Assembly: GCA_003344405.1 (NCBI GenBank) | Contig: NOWV01000148.1 | Coordinates: forward strand, 62,001-126,000 | Length of the DNA: 64,000 bases | Reading direction: 5' to 3' | Source of the DNA: Trichoplax sp. H2 | Taxonomy: Eukaryota | The notes under the pieces: model-generated | Seen by the model: only the letters and a program-made list of their open reading frames with translations | Databases searched by the model: none | Told to the model about the DNA's origin: nothing | Shown here: positions 14,515 to 27,199 of the stretch, piece after piece | Position numbering within the stretch: position 1 is the stretch's first letter | Layout: every line of letters begins with the position of its first letter | Made by a program: the position numbers and the translations under genes

Positions 14515-17428
14515 GTCATAAATCAATATTACTCAAGTAACATTCACGCCTTCGAATAGAGTTGATAGTTCGTTCAGGAACTAAACTCGATGTGAATCAC
14601 AACTGCAGCCATGCTTGATTAATTATTTATAGCTTATTTATATTGTCCATATCAGTCTTTGGCGTACATATATACGCATTCCACAGAGTTCTTGCATTCA
14701 CAAGATAAAATCGAATAGTGTCCAAAAAGATAGCATAAATAAAGGGTACAGATCTATTATAAAAGTTTGCCAAAGATCTTTCCATAAAAATCTTGAATTT
14801 AGTTAAAATAAATAAAAACGAAGTAGTCTATATTTTCTCCACTGTATCAAAAAGAGTAAAACTTTTTAAGCAATGTGTAAATAAATAGTTTATAATTACG
14901 TTGAAGAAGCCATTTACAATTAAATATTCCCGATAAAGATTAAGGTTAAGACGTTTGATCTGAAATTTTATCAATTTGATACTTTGCTAGATTGAATATC
15001 AATCAGTATTTTGCGTGATTTATTCAGTTATATCAGTTAGCTAAATTTATTTTAATATTAATAAAAATAGAAGAGTCCACGTTAGCTCTACTACCATCAA
15101 GTAGAATAGCTTTTTTCAAGTAATATATAAATAAACCGTTTAGACTAGTGTAAAAATTATCATCTGCAACTTAATATCCTCCTTTATAAAGTTTAGGGCT
15201 ACCGACCTGAAACTCCTTCGATTTTATTTTTCTTTGCTAAGATGAATGTCAATCTGTATTTCAAATTATTTATTCAATTATATCAGTTTCCATCTCACTA
15301 CAGCCTTTTCTCTTCGTACAAAACTGTTCTAGATTGGTTTGTTTTAATTACAGCCTATTTTAAGTGCTGAAACTATTGCTGCTACTCAAGCAATCAAACC
15401 TTACTTGCTTTTAGGCGAATACTTATGTAGAAAATTTTCATATTCCATTAAACGTATGAAGTAGTAATCAAAACAGATAGAAATATGATTATAGAATTAG
15501 TCATTAGTTTCTATTAAATTATTTAGCTAGAAATAAATCGCTCATTTTTTACTTATCATTTTAATGCATTTCTGGGCACAGTTTTTAGTTACAATCACAT
15601 TAAAATAGGCAATTACTACAACGCTCGTGATGAACGTCTATTATAAAACTACGGTAAAGCCATAATCCAAAATTATCAAAGATGTACAATTACATGTCAT
15701 TAACTAAAAGTTCATTGTGCAAGATAGCTATTTATAGGGATTGCTTAGATTAAATCGATAAGTGACAAAACAAGGATCAATCATACGAAGAAAAATATAA
15801 ACCAAAAAATTTCTTAATGAATATGATGTTTAAAACTACTTCTGTCTGCTTTAATTTGTTATATTAATGAACTAATGATAAGAAGTAGCTGTTAGCGAAT
15901 GGGAATCACAAATATTAAGGACAAATCTATAGCAGAAACATGATAATATTAAATAACTAAAATCTCTAAAAGCTGGAATAATTTCATATTTAACTCTCTT
16001 TTAGTACTATCTTCTATCTAAAAATCAGTAAGTAGTATCAACCTAGTAGCCTAAATTAATTCAATTATTATCTCTCAAGAAGTCTAAATTTTAAATTAAT
16101 TATAATTCTGTACCATGCATGTAACGAATATCACTATTCACAACATTAATCTTACCTTTAATGGCGGCTAACTATTTTTAATCTAGGTCTGCTGAATGTT
16201 TTTCCAACCTTGGAAGTAACCGCAATTAGAAGTACTACTCTAAACGTAAAATTTGTGCTATTAAATCAGCTAGCAGTAGCATTTAAAACTAAGATTGATC
16301 TTTAAATTATACACGAAGCCAGCACTTGTTGACATTTCTATTTAGTAATGTAGAAATCATAGCAAGTTATAGTTTGTGAAATCATGGTAAACTAGCATCG
16401 GTAGCAAACGTACTGGAACTTTGTCGCATTTAATCAGTCCAGACAGACTATCATCATTAAGTATGCAAAGATATTTTGATTTAGTATCTGTTACTATGCC
16501 ATATTGTTTTCCCTACATCCAATCAAAATAGATCAGAAATTATACCCGATAATGACGTAATAGCTAACAAATTGTAAAGGAAGCCATACATCATTACTAT
16601 TATCAAACCATTATTTAGGAGTTCTTTTATTAACTTTTTGTTTTAAATGAGATGATGCGTCTTTATGCTATGAAAGCAGAACAAATAGTACAGCCTTTAT
16701 TTCTTTTAAATAAATAAAGTTTGTAATAAATCTTGCAGTAAAACTAGAAGTCTGAATCATTATGATATCATGAAGATGTAGAATATTGATTATAAAGGTC
16801 TAATTTATTTCATCACTAGTCCTTTTTATGCCCAGGTTTATATCATGAAATGGGCCTATTTAAATGATAAAATTCATAATTTAAGTGAAATTGATCAAGA
16901 ATAGCTTTCAGGCTTGCTATTAAAACCCAATCTTGCTTTGGTAGTACTCTATACGTTATATTAGGAGTGGCCAATATCGCAGCAATGACATCATTAAAGA
17001 CGGTATTTTATATAATATTTATTTACATCAATTAGTAGCTATTTTAAACATTAAATTTGATATAGGGTGAGCAATAGATTACAAATTTGCTTTCAGATAA
17101 AACTCAAACTTCATGAAATTCGTAGAATTTATATTATTAGGAGTAGACTGGTACAGGGACTAAAATAGTTGAAGCTATATCAACTGTAGTATAATAGTAA
17201 GTACCATACGATGCTATTACCAATACTTACTTCTTAATGCACTGTAATCTAAACGTTTCAAAATACCAAAAGAAACTTTCAGATTAGATTTGTAATATCA
17301 AATTAGCATTTAAAAAAGTTCCACTGGAAAACCTAACGTTATCGGTATTAATTAATTAAATAGCTAATAAAAAATAACCTCTAAAGTATACATTACTCTA
17401 AGTCTATTGATGGCTTCCGTTTCTCAAT

Positions 17429-18090
17429 GAGGTCTTGCGATAATTTCAGTTTCAGAATAAATTATACCATGTAAACTATGAAATCGTCTTAGTATCTAGC
17501 TCGCATGTGGTCAAGTCGTATCCATCTTCCTATCGAACATGCATCTTAAAGAAAGTTACAGTAACAACCTCTAAACTATAAATTATTTCTAGTTTACTAA
17601 TTACTTCAGTGTTGCAATGAGATCTTACAGTAACTCTAGCATAAGAAATAATTTAAGCAACACAAACTAACTGATGAGCATATTACTCAACTAACATCCT
17701 ATCAAGTCATTTCCATCTTAAAATCAACCTTAACATACTACGGTAATTAAAAAAAATTTCTGTAAAAACCCTTAAACCATGCTTCATTCCTATATTATTA
17801 ATTGCTTTCGTTTTACAATAAGGTCTTACAGTAACTCCAGCTTAAGGAATAAGTTAGGTTATGCAAAATATATCAACGTTATAGTATCTTACTTATATGT
17901 ATTAAAATACTACCCAATTTTATGTCATACATGCTACTTTAAGAAAAATTATTTCAACAAGTTTTAAGGCATGCCTTAATTCTAGTCTATTAGACGTTTT
18001 TATGTCGCTTTGAAGTCTTACGGCAACCTTAGCTAAAGAAATGAATTAGACTATGCAAACTATTGCACTAGCTTAGTGCCTTACTTATAT
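17429..18090. repeat. Degenerate tandem array, about 195-bp period, 4 units
   Basis: Motif GTCTTACAGTAACTCYAGC..AAGAAAT.A.TTAG..ATGCAAA recurs near 17429, 17619, 17820 and 18013. Confidence 0.65.
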
Positions 18091-18924
18091 CTAATTGAAT
18101 CATTTCTGTCTTAATAGCAAGCATACTACCTTAAGAAAATTATAATATTCAGACATGGTTTCATAAATTACAGATTTGGCCATGCTTCGACAATGCAAAC
18201 AGCTAGAATTTACAGTGTGATGTAAGCTAAGCCTATAAATTCATTTAAATTAATACTTAAAAGCTATGATATTTTAAATATAGTATGAAGCATCGGTTTT
18301 TCTTACTTTGCTTCTAGTGGCGCAATTGGCCACGCTAACAATTTTTTAGTATGGTGAAGGCTATTTGGTGAGTTTCGACAATATTCATATTGAATTCGAG
18401 ATGGAAATCTACGTAGTAACGATAAAGCTGATATTTAGCATAGGTAAATAGTAATTCATGATTTCAAACTAATATTTGTTATTAGATCTGATCTAATTTT
18501 GAAATTTATGAAGTATTCGAAAAGGAAAAATAAATCACCGATATTTAATCTAATTGCCGTAATTAATTCATTTTGTTCCTCGTAAATACTATAGCAAATT
18601 CGCTAAATACCCCTAGCAATTGCACTGGCAATCAACTTATAAATTCAGGTAGAAATGCTTCGAAATTAACAAACGCGTATATCATGAAAATAGTTTGAAA
18701 ATCGTGGTCAAGGTTTGTCGCTATGAAATACAGTCAAGGTAGCTAATAACAAGCTAAAGATAGTATCAAAAATATGCTTTTAGACATCATATGTCAATTA
18801 GTATAGCAATGATAAATTTTGAAATAAGAGGATGTGGCGATCGACTTTGCTTGGTTGAAATATACAACATTTTGGTTGAAGAAATACGTGCTTTGAACAT
18901 AGTATTAACAGTTGTTCATATCAG

Positions 18925-19337
18925 TGTTACGATACGAACTACCGTGAAGAAATAGCTATCTAAATTTGGTTAATATAATATAATATAGTGATAATATATT
19001 ACATCTAGTTCCTTACAATAGGAATTACTCTAATTATAAATGTGTTACAGTTAATTTAATGCTGTGCTGTAATGTGTACTGAAATGATTCTGTGAATGGA
19101 CATTTTGTAGTCCGACTGTGAAATATAAGATGACTTGTGAATGTTAGCTGCTGTAGAAGGGTATATAAGTCCGTCAGATATTTGAATAAAGCTTTTTCTC
19201 AATTGTATAGTTGTTTTAACGTAGAAGCAAAGGCATCTAAATTCTTTTGAGGTAGTTCAGGGATACTGAATCCCGGAAGACTATAGTAATTTCGAGATTT
19301 GTTTTACGTTATCCTTTCACGGAGCTGGTTTGTGACA
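18925..19337 (+). mobile_element. Solo LTR, family B
   Basis: TGTTACG...TTTGTGACA; perfect TSD ATCAG; GTATATAAG near 19161 followed by AATAAA near 19185; small internal deletion relative to the other B copies. Confidence 0.92.
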
Positions 19338-21230
19338 ATCAGGTACTTTGGACTTTTAGCACCATAAACTCTAATTCTAATTCAGCAACTACTTCAACAA
19401 CCAAGGTAGTATTTTCTAATTTGTATTAATTTATGATGAAATATACAATGCAAAGATCTTCTTTATTAAAATAAATTTAAATAATTAAATAAATCTCTAA
19501 TACTATTCGGCTATAAATAAATTGAAGGATCTATGTAATGGACTAGTAATAATCTTTTGCTATTACTGTTGGTCCGCCTACGTAACGTAAAATTTGAGTG
19601 AACAAAAATTAAGTAATACCGTAATGTGGCTACGAAGGTCAACACCGAAAAAATAGCCTTGAATAATAATATTTATTGAAACATCAATTTGTCGCAGAAG
19701 ATTTCCAATTTCTTTTCCTCATAAAAGCAATCGAAAATGACTAAAGATAACCGGATAATACCCCTTAGACAGATTTGAACATAAATTACTTCTATATAAA
19801 CTATGCTAATAAATGCTTTTATTATAGTAGTAGACATACAATTAAACACATTAAAAGCTCGATTTATTATCTGGCTAAGATAAACCGAATAATTATACTT
19901 TAACTCTTATATGGAAGACAGTCTATTTAATCCTATATTTGGCTATCAGATACGGCCTTAACAGGAGAGTCCCGGTCTTATACTAGAAATAGTGCTAGTG
20001 CGACGTCTCATCCTGTTAGCCATCCTACTGTACCAATACAATTCTTTGAAATCATTACAACCTAATTTAATTAGAAACATTTTACATTTATATCAACATT
20101 GGATTTACTGGTAAGGCGGTACTTCTCTTAGGTATTAGTAGTTTTAAAGATCTGCAATACATTAAGATATTGATTGTACGAATATGCTCTATTTTCGTGA
20201 AATATATCAGTTTGAATAGCACACACAAATTTCTTTCTATCGTTAGCAGTAATGAAATTAGAATGAATTCATCCTAATCGATATAATTGGATAATATTTG
20301 CTTAATGATATTAGTTATAACCATTCTATAAAATATGATGGCAGAATATGAATGTAATTAAACTATAAGATTTAAACTCAATAAATATATACTTTTATTC
20401 GAAATCAATGTTGAAACTTAATTCGATAAAACATAAAAGGTAAGATTTGAATTAAGTTCGATAACAATACTATATCATGCTTTAATTAAATAAGAACAGA
20501 TAAGTATGAAAATTGCCAGTCATTTACCTGATCATATTTAAGAATTTCTCCGTTAAAACAGCTTACTCTAGATTTTAAATTGATCTGACATAAAGTTAAA
20601 TAAATAAATCATTTTTTTAAGTCGAATTAACAACTGCTATATCCTATACTAAGAATTCTATTAATTCGGTAATTTTACAGGTAAGGCCATGGTTATGCTA
20701 TACCTATGTTCTATGTTCATATATGCTAAAGACTGCTGTCGTTGTTAATGTATTCAATTAAATATTGGAATTTATTAAGCTTGAGTTATAATATAGATCA
20801 AAAAAGTATTTCGAATTCTTTCCGTCCTCTTTCCAGGATTACTGTATTGATTGAATAGATTATCTATTGATGTAGTAACTTGTGTACCGCAAATTTTATT
20901 AAATTAGCAATAGTAATTGGATTAAATTTATTTCCATGCTCCCTTCAAAAGGAAAAGATGGCTATTTCGATCTATTTAATCGTTATCAAGTGTAAAGAAA
21001 AATGGTATATTACAGACTCCTCTTCTGTTTCCGTAATTTTCTGGTCACATCGAAAAAGATGAAAAAATTATTCTTTATCTTCCTAATTGGCAATATCTGA
21101 AAGATACATAAGTCAATTAATTTTTTTCATGTTGAACTTGCTAACACGATGCCAGCCACGTATCAGTAGCCACATTTTCCTATTATGTCTATGTGGCAGC
21201 TAAAGTTCCATCTTCTTCTGGAATGGTAGT

Positions 21231-21759
21231 CGTGATATATACCAATCACGAAATTCCAAATTTTAGAAAAATAAGGGCTTTATTCAATCTTATACAAAGA
21301 TTAACTACACACCACTCTACTCTAGCCGAATACTGCTACTAAAGACTTCTAGAACGAACTAACTGAATAATCTGAAGTTGCATGCTTTTATACTTTTCGT
21401 AGCATTCGCAGCTACAATCCGCATGGCAACCTTTTACCTTATTTTACACATAGTTAAATTATTCTTAGAAAGACTATTCTACTGCGGACTATCATTAATC
21501 CAATATGGATACGATTACAGTACTTACGTAGACATTATTCACACCAGCCAAAGTACAATGAATTAATGATATCCTAATATATGATTTATAGTTCTATTTT
21601 TACCTATAGCCTTATTATTAAATTAACTCAACACCTTACTGCATATAGTCATCTGTACTCTAGCATAGAGTCTCTACCACTACAGTCTATAGTTATAGCT
21701 ACCAAATATCTCTTAGGATAAATATCTACCGTACATTATACTAAACTAGTTACATTACA
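21231..21759 (-). mobile_element. Solo LTR, family D
   Basis: CGTGATAT (mutated TG) ... ATTACA; perfect TSD GTAGT; near-identical to 30065-30616. On the - strand, GTATAAAAG (about 21385-21393) is followed by AATAAA (21279-21284). Confidence 0.88.
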
Positions 21760-23503
21760 GTAGTGCGAATGAGATAGTTATAATTTTACTTTCATAAGCA
21801 AGTGTTAATAGATAAGGAATTTACTGCTTCTTATATCCAGAATTATCGGATTTTACATCTCCGGAGCAATAGATTCTTAGCTGTTATCATAACTATCAAG
21901 CAATCGCCATATCAGAGATGGGTATCTTAATATTATTTTCTAGAAATAATTCACTGCAACCAGTTGAAAAGTTTAATTTGTTATCGCTGTATTTTTCTGT
22001 TGGTAAAAATTATTCAGAGATAATTTTCTGTGAACAATATTGCATCTAACGTAAGTTTGATTCTTATCTCTAAACACACTTTACATTGTTTATTTTCTGT
22101 TTTATAGTCCTATTATCTATGCATTAATGCAAATGTCTGTACTAAATTAAAAATACATATAATATCATAGTGTCATATATAACCTCTAATTTCAGCTGGT
22201 TTTATATTTTATATTATTTAAATAGTGATAGAACTGTATATATGTATGAACGACAGAGACGAAAATATATCTAGATATCAGTTAGAATCACTAATTTAAG
22301 GTATGCAAACAGCTTATTAAAGGCACAGATCGCAACAGATACAAGAAACTAATTTACAAAGAGAATCCATTGACATGGTTAAGAACCTGACTCCTAAGCT
22401 GTATAATTTTAATGAACCAGTTTCAAACCGCAAAGAAATTTAATTACAGGGTGCTAGTACTCTATAATTACGTAGTTTTCTATTGGCAAAATTGACGCCC
22501 AAAAAGGTCCTGATCTGTGAGCCATATAACCTTTACGTTAATACTTAGTAAAAGTAAAAATAATATTCTATACTCAACGATTACCGTGCATAGAACTTGC
22601 TGTTCGAAAGACGTCGACGATAATGCATTGGATTAAATAATATCCTTTATGGTGTTATTTTAAGTAAAAACTCTATTACCTATTGTTAAAATAATATTTG
22701 TCGAGCAAATCAATTTCCAGGTTAGAAATTTGTAATTGGATAAAAAGAGACAATCTTAAAATATATTGCATCTATAAAAACAGATACCTAATTAACTGCA
22801 TCACGATATAATCGATTAATTTAGTAGTTAAAATCGCCCATTGAATACGATGTGTTTATTTCAAAATACTGTTTTGTAAATAGGCCAAAATGGGATAGAG
22901 TGATGATAATGATATAAAATTTGATACAGCAACTTCGTTAAGCCCCAAAATTTTAAATCAATTACTAGATATATCAGCTAGCTGATTTCGATAATTTACT
23001 GAAGTTCAGAATCGATTTACTAAGAATCAATTGCTTCTCCCTTGTAACGAATTTTTTACTATAAAATTTGCACCTTGGTGAATGTAATTAATTAATAAAA
23101 CACTCAATAAGTAATTTTACTAGACAAAATTGTGAACATTTTTAATATTAGCAGATCATTATGAAATCAAACAGTACAATTTTCAGTGACATTCATTTTA
23201 AGTTATTCTACGTTAGAACAATAGTTATATATAGTTTAGAATAATCTATTTATTCTATATTACAATATTCAATTACAGAAATTCTGTAGCTAAGGAAGAA
23301 AATTGAAATCTTTTTAGTATTTTTGATTCATTCTATATCGATCAATGCATTTTAGTAGCCCCAGATTGATCATTCACAGCAGCATATGATCATTATTCTA
23401 CTTTACAGGTCTAGGAATTTTTTTGCTATAGAATCATGCACTGGGCATTTTAATCTTTAACGGACCATCTGGATATAGCGTCAATAGATTTAATTTATTA
23501 TTT

Positions 23504-25640
23504 ATTATAAAATATTATTTTTAATAATATCTACCGGGATGTTAGTAAAATTCTATTTAATTATGCCCTAACTGATCTAAATGTAATACAAATTAGATTG
23601 TAAAACATATACCAAATTTTTTCTTTTCATTTAATTATGAGACAAAGGTGAATAAACAACTACATTTGAAATAAGTCATGCTAATCGTTAATCGGATCAA
23701 TNNNNNNNNNNNNNNNNNNNNGACACTTGAGTTATCTACGTTACTATTATCAAAATAAAAGTAAATGGCCTATGGATATTTTCAAAAATTTGAATAGTAT
23801 GAACATATCCAAAAAATAATTTCCTCAATTTATGGTACCAACAAATTGGGTTAACCGGGGAGGGGAATTGCCTTAAAAGGTCGCAGCCATAGAAGGCCAT
23901 AGGTAATGGATAAGAATACTTTCTTTCACGTGCGTAGGTCATCAATTTATCAACTGATTTAAATAAAGGCAAGAAATTAAAAAAAAATAATTAAAAAAAA
24001 AAATATATAGATAGCAATTATTTTATCGAAATTAAAAAATAAAATCTTTAAATGGGTACCTTTAATTATTTGCGATTAGAACAATGGCAGATGATAATTG
24101 TTCGAGAATCGATACCATTTCGATGTGAATTGAGAACTACTGGAATAGCTGATTAGTTTANNNNNNNNNNNNNNNNNNNNATTATAAAATATTATTTTTA
24201 ATAATATCTACCGGAATGTTAGTAAAATTCTATTTAATTATACCCTAACTGATCTAAATTTAATACAAATTAGATTGTAAACATCTACCAAATTTTTTCT
24301 TTTCATTTAATTATGATACAAAGGTGAATAAACAACTACATTCGAAATAAGTCATGCTAATCGTTAATCGGATCAATCTATGTCCATTTCGAATGATAGA
24401 TGATTCAGTTAAAATAGAACATATTATATAAGATTCAGCTTTCTTTTAGACCAAAACTTCAAGAGCAGCTTATCTACCAGAAGCGTCATTTCTATATAGA
24501 ATAACAAACTTTGCTTAAATAAAATATTAAAATTAATACGCATGACCGACCAAAAATATACAGGATGAAATTCTAGTAAAATAGACTGATTCTAGCCAAG
24601 ACTATCAATACGAGATATTGTTTGCATAGCAATTCTATTATAGAAAATTAGCCTTATTTGATTACTTATTTCCTTACCAAGGTATTGCGCCATAATAAGA
24701 AAAATGGGTTAAGTTCATTATATTTCTAACCAATTTTGATTAACTCGTGCTCAATTTTAGTATTTGAAAGGTTATCGTTTATGTGAATAAATTGAATCCA
24801 AAGTGGATAAGCAAATCATTTTCCCTACAGCTACACCTTCTATTGATCGAGAGTTCTCTTTTACTGAATAAAGAGTAAACGAAATAGTGTTCTATTATTT
24901 CTATAGTTTTATTCTAATAAATTTTAGCATTGAATTTATAAGAAAATAAGCATGATAAACCTAATTTAATAAAAGTAAGTAAAACCGTATTTGTCTAATT
25001 GATATTTTAATACAGATTTTAAACTGATCTGATGAACAAGGCTTGAACTAGACAAAAATAATGAACCAACTAATAATAAAGTTGTGATAAGATTGATTCA
25101 ATGATTTCATTAATTTCATCTAGATGATAATAATAAGCTCCAAGCTGAACAAAAGTATCCGGTAAATAGTCAAAAAGTTAATGATGATAGATAAAAATGT
25201 GTACAACTTGCCTGAAGGCGACATTGTTAACTATTGATTTAAATTAAATGAATACTCAACCCTTGGCAAATAGCCAAGTAGTGATGACGTTAAGCAGACA
25301 CTTGAGTTATCTACGTTACTATTATCAAAAGAAAAGTAAATGGCCTATGGATATTTTCAAAAATTTGAATAGTATGAACATTTCCAAAAAATAATTTCTT
25401 CAATTTATGGTACCAACAAATTGGGTTAACCGGGGAATCAATTTGTCAACTGATTTAAATAAAGGCAAGAAATTAAAAAAAAATATATAGATAGCAATTA
25501 TATTATCGAAATTAAAAAATAAAATCTTTAAATGGGTACCTTTAATTATTTGCGATTAGAACAATGGCAGATGATAATTGTTCGAGAATCGATACCATTT
25601 CGATGAGAATTGAGAACTACTGGAATAGCTGATTAGTTTA
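23504..25640. other. Assembly gaps with allelic (haplotig-like) duplications
   Basis: N runs at 23702-23721 and 24161-24180. 23504-23701 is repeated at 24181-24377, and 23722-24160 at 25297-25640, with scattered SNPs and one 79-bp indel. Confidence 0.85.
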
Positions 25641-26134
25641 ATATTGTTAACACTTCAATTTTAATCTCATTCTTGCCAAAATTATTTTATGATAGCCTTA
25701 AAGCGATGTCGTGCAATCGATTGTCTAAGTTGATTTGCTACTATTCTTACTGACTGCTACTTATTAATATATATTCAGGTTACTCAAAAGATTCAAAGTT
25801 GGCCTAAACCAAAACTGAATTGGTAATACTTCATCTTTTGCATTTCAATACGTTGAAACTAAAGTATATATCATCGTGTTTATAGCAGTTACCGATGTCT
25901 ATTCTTTAGCAATAGCGAGAATTCTAAATAAAATGATTCTATCACAAAAAATCATTCTTGGTCTTTTACTACGATCAATTCTGAACACACTCAGATAGAG
26001 ATAATTTAATTTGTACAAATTATACTTACATAGTCATCATATCAGCTTGATCCTTATAGCCGCATTTAGAAATTAATTAAAAAAGCAGAATTCAATTTGG
26101 AAATCGACTAATATCAGTCTGATTGATCATCATC

Positions 26135-27199
26135 ATGGTGATAAACTGTACGCAAGATTGCCTTGTTCGTGCCGAAAGCATGAGCGAATCTTACGATTAC
26201 TTACGTATGGTTTATATCATTATCTGTTTTTTCTCATTTTTTGGTAATTGTTTGGTTTGTGTAATTATTTTTACGATTAAACGCATCCATTTGCTATCGG
26301 CTGAAGTCTTTATTCTGAGCTTAGCCATTACCGACATGTTTACAAGCATTGTGGTGATATTTTTGCCTGGTTTGATCATATCGGAAAAAAGTTATCCCTA
26401 TCCTATTAGGTCGGTCATGCCTTTCTTTTGCTCCATCGTTAGTTCCCAATATCTACTCTTCTATTTTGGATTTATATCGCTCTACACAGTGACAGCAATT
26501 AGCCTAGAGCGATGGTTTGCAATTGCATTCCCATCGCGCTATCGCTACTTATTTAGTCTAAAAAATGTTCAGATTGCAGTTCTTTTCATCTGGCTACTAG
26601 GCTTGCTCTTGCCAATAGACAATCTATTTAAGCAAGTTCCAAGCGAAAATGGAACATTTTGCCGCTGGACTTTCTTGTTCAACGATATTAATATCGACCG
26701 AATGATTTTTATTATAGTTGAAATCATACGTGTCTTTTTGCCAGCTTTCATAACCCTGTTCTGCTACGCCGATATTGCTCGTCGTATCTGGTCTGCTTCT
26801 GCTTATCAAAGTCAAGAATCTTCAAACCGAAATAGTAAATTTCGTAAGCGCGTTACGATTATGGTCTGTGTTTCTGCCATTACATTTTTGTTGTGCTGGT
26901 TGCCAAATGAAATCTATTTCACTCTTGTTACATTTGGCCTTACGCGAGTAGAATCCGTAGCTCATAGATCGACTAAATCACTGATTATCCTTAGCTCTTG
27001 TCTAAATCCAATTATTTATGTGGTTACTAATTCCAAATATCGCGTGACATTACTGCAATTTTTTACTCGACGAAATCGTATTAGCTCATTAGGCACCAAG
27101 CAAGGCAGCAAACCATCGAAACCCAAATCCGATGTTATCGTTGTTAAACCACGTAATGGTCCAACATCATATAGCAGATTGCATAATACAGCTGTATAG
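26135..27199 (+). CDS. Class A (rhodopsin-like) GPCR, single exon, orphan; paralogue 1
   Basis: Seven hydrophobic segments; GN (TM1), LAITD (TM2), ERW (TM3), CWLP (TM6), NPIIY (TM7). First ATG at 26135 (the track starts at TTG 26123) and gives an N-terminal NCT sequon. Confidence 0.95.
   Translation: MVINCTQDCLVRAESMSESYDYLRMVYIIICFFSFFGNCLVCVIIFTIKRIHLLSAEVFILSLAITDMFTSIVVIFLPGLIISEKSYPYPIRSVMPFFCSIVSSQYLLFYFGFISLYTVTAISLERWFAIAFPSRYRYLFSLKNVQIAVLFIWLLGLLLPIDNLFKQVPSENGTFCRWTFLFNDINIDRMIFIIVEIIRVFLPAFITLFCYADIARRIWSASAYQSQESSNRNSKFRKRVTIMVCVSAITFLLCWLPNEIYFTLVTFGLTRVESVAHRSTKSLIILSSCLNPIIYVVTNSKYRVTLLQFFTRRNRISSLGTKQGSKPSKPKSDVIVVKPRNGPTSYSRLHNTAV

Noticed and set aside
23504-25640. Real tandem duplications beside the N gaps
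   Set aside because: The copies end exactly at the 20-N gaps and differ by scattered SNPs, which is typical of uncollapsed haplotypes.
26960-27020. Conserved TM7 lysine as the opsin retinal-binding Lys
   Set aside because: It is 10 residues before the N of NPxxY (7.39); the opsin Lys is 6 before (7.43), which is Ile here.
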